Source: Candidatus Doudnabacteria bacterium (lineage in GTDB: Bacteria > Patescibacteriota > Doudnabacteria > UBA920). From it: a stretch of 64,000 nucleotides of DNA. The notes beneath the pieces were generated by a model. That model was not told the origin of the DNA. It was given only the letters and a program-made list of their open reading frames with translations, and ran no database searches. This document shows, piece by piece, positions 63,619-64,000 of this stretch. Both the position numbers and the translations under genes were made by a program. Within the stretch, counting starts at the first letter, position 1; each line of letters starts with the position of its first letter. The DNA is taken from positions 78,915 to 142,914 of the forward strand of contig JARLHZ010000034.1 of NCBI GenBank assembly GCA_031291995.1, read 5' to 3'.

Positions 63619-64000
63619 ATGAAACAGGGCGAGAAAATTTTTTACAATCATCCCTATTTTTGGGCGGTTTTGGGTTTGGTTTTCATATTTTTGGCGGTGC
63701 TGTATTTGGAACACCGATTCTTGAGCCGCCAATTTTCGCCGAAATTGCAGGAAGTGGCGGAGGTAAAATCCGCCCAAACGCCCACGCCCACGCCGTTGCC
63801 GCAACTGGATTTTGCCGCCTACGACGCGAAGCTTATGTTAATCGCCAATAATCCGGTGTCGGCCACCGGTACGGCGTCGTCCACCAACATAGCCTTGTGG
63901 CCGGTAAAAACCGCTTATCCAAATTATGGGGCTCTTCTGCCATTTAATCGGATTGTCGCGTATTATGGGAATCTGTATTCCCAAAACATGGGGGTGCTTG
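63619..64000 (+). CDS. Membrane-anchored hypothetical protein, partial. It runs off the right edge.
   Basis: Manual translation gives MKQGEKIFYNHPYFWAVLGLVFIFLAVLYL...TPTPTPLP... with no stop before the window end. It is not in the ORF track. Confidence 0.4.
   Translation, partial: MKQGEKIFYNHPYFWAVLGLVFIFLAVLYLEHRFLSRQFSPKLQEVAEVKSAQTPTPTPLPQLDFAAYDAKLMLIANNPVSATGTASSTNIALWPVKTAYPNYGALLPFNRIVAYYGNLYSQNMGVL

Overview
This is a 64 kb window from an AT-rich bacterial genome (roughly 40% GC by eye) containing several GC-rich (roughly 55-60% by eye) patches. Caveat on the ORF track: it appears to list only ATG-to-stop ORFs that lie fully inside the window, so genes running off either edge are missing from it.

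- **1-7191, minus strand:** a complete histidine biosynthesis operon (hisS/Z-like, hisG, hisD, hisC, hisB, hisH, hisA, hisF). hisA and hisF read through in one frame with no stop codon, and hisF runs off the left edge.
- **7547-13700 (putative island 1):** a large serine recombinase, a Type III restriction-modification pair (Mod, then Res ending in a PD-ExK nuclease motif), and a fragment of a phage terminase large subunit.
- **13799-18568:** a cyclase, then two tandem paralogous GC-rich genes, each with an internal duplication of a GH130-like (DUF377) glycosidase domain.
- **18572-25961:** a repeat-rich palindromic block, a YdcF/DUF218 gene, and the rplJ-rplL ribosomal operon with its L10 leader and a cluster of REP-like palindromes. 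It also holds a tRNA-dihydrouridine synthase gene carrying an in-frame MITE-like insertion and a heptanucleotide tandem repeat, plus GC-rich secreted and lipoprotein genes.
- **26111-32473:** a convergent pair of soluble inorganic pyrophosphatase and membrane H+/Na+-pyrophosphatase, a MITE-like element upstream of hppA, an EEP-family hydrolase and a cardiolipin synthase.
- **33217-38749 (putative island 2):** a tRNA-Gln(CUG) gene whose 3' end is overlapped by a second large serine recombinase. The recombinase sits beside a four-gene cargo module that has not been characterised: two membrane-anchored proteins, a protein with homing-endonuclease-associated repeats plus a T5orf172/GIY-YIG-like domain, and an unknown 337-aa protein. 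A candidate small RNA lies between cargo and recombinase. I think this island is the most likely place for an undescribed accessory or defence system.
- **39349-49016:** small zinc-ribbon and basic proteins, a TrmB-family regulator, an Hsp20, membrane proteins, and a response-regulator/ECF-sigma operon. It also has a GAF-PAS-GGDEF-EAL protein and a GlsB/YeaQ-like stress protein. A duplicated ~100 bp promoter/leader element sits in front of two of these operons.
- **49673-63513:** a GC-rich secreted Ser/Thr-rich protein, followed by a tightly packed plus-strand glycosylation locus. That locus contains a 1369-aa GT2-flippase-like-GT4 fusion, two GT4 enzymes, two GT-C membrane glycosyltransferases, a secreted glycosidase-like protein and a polyprenyl-phosphate GT2.

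I found no rRNA genes and no CRISPR array. All coordinates are approximate to within 1-3 nt.
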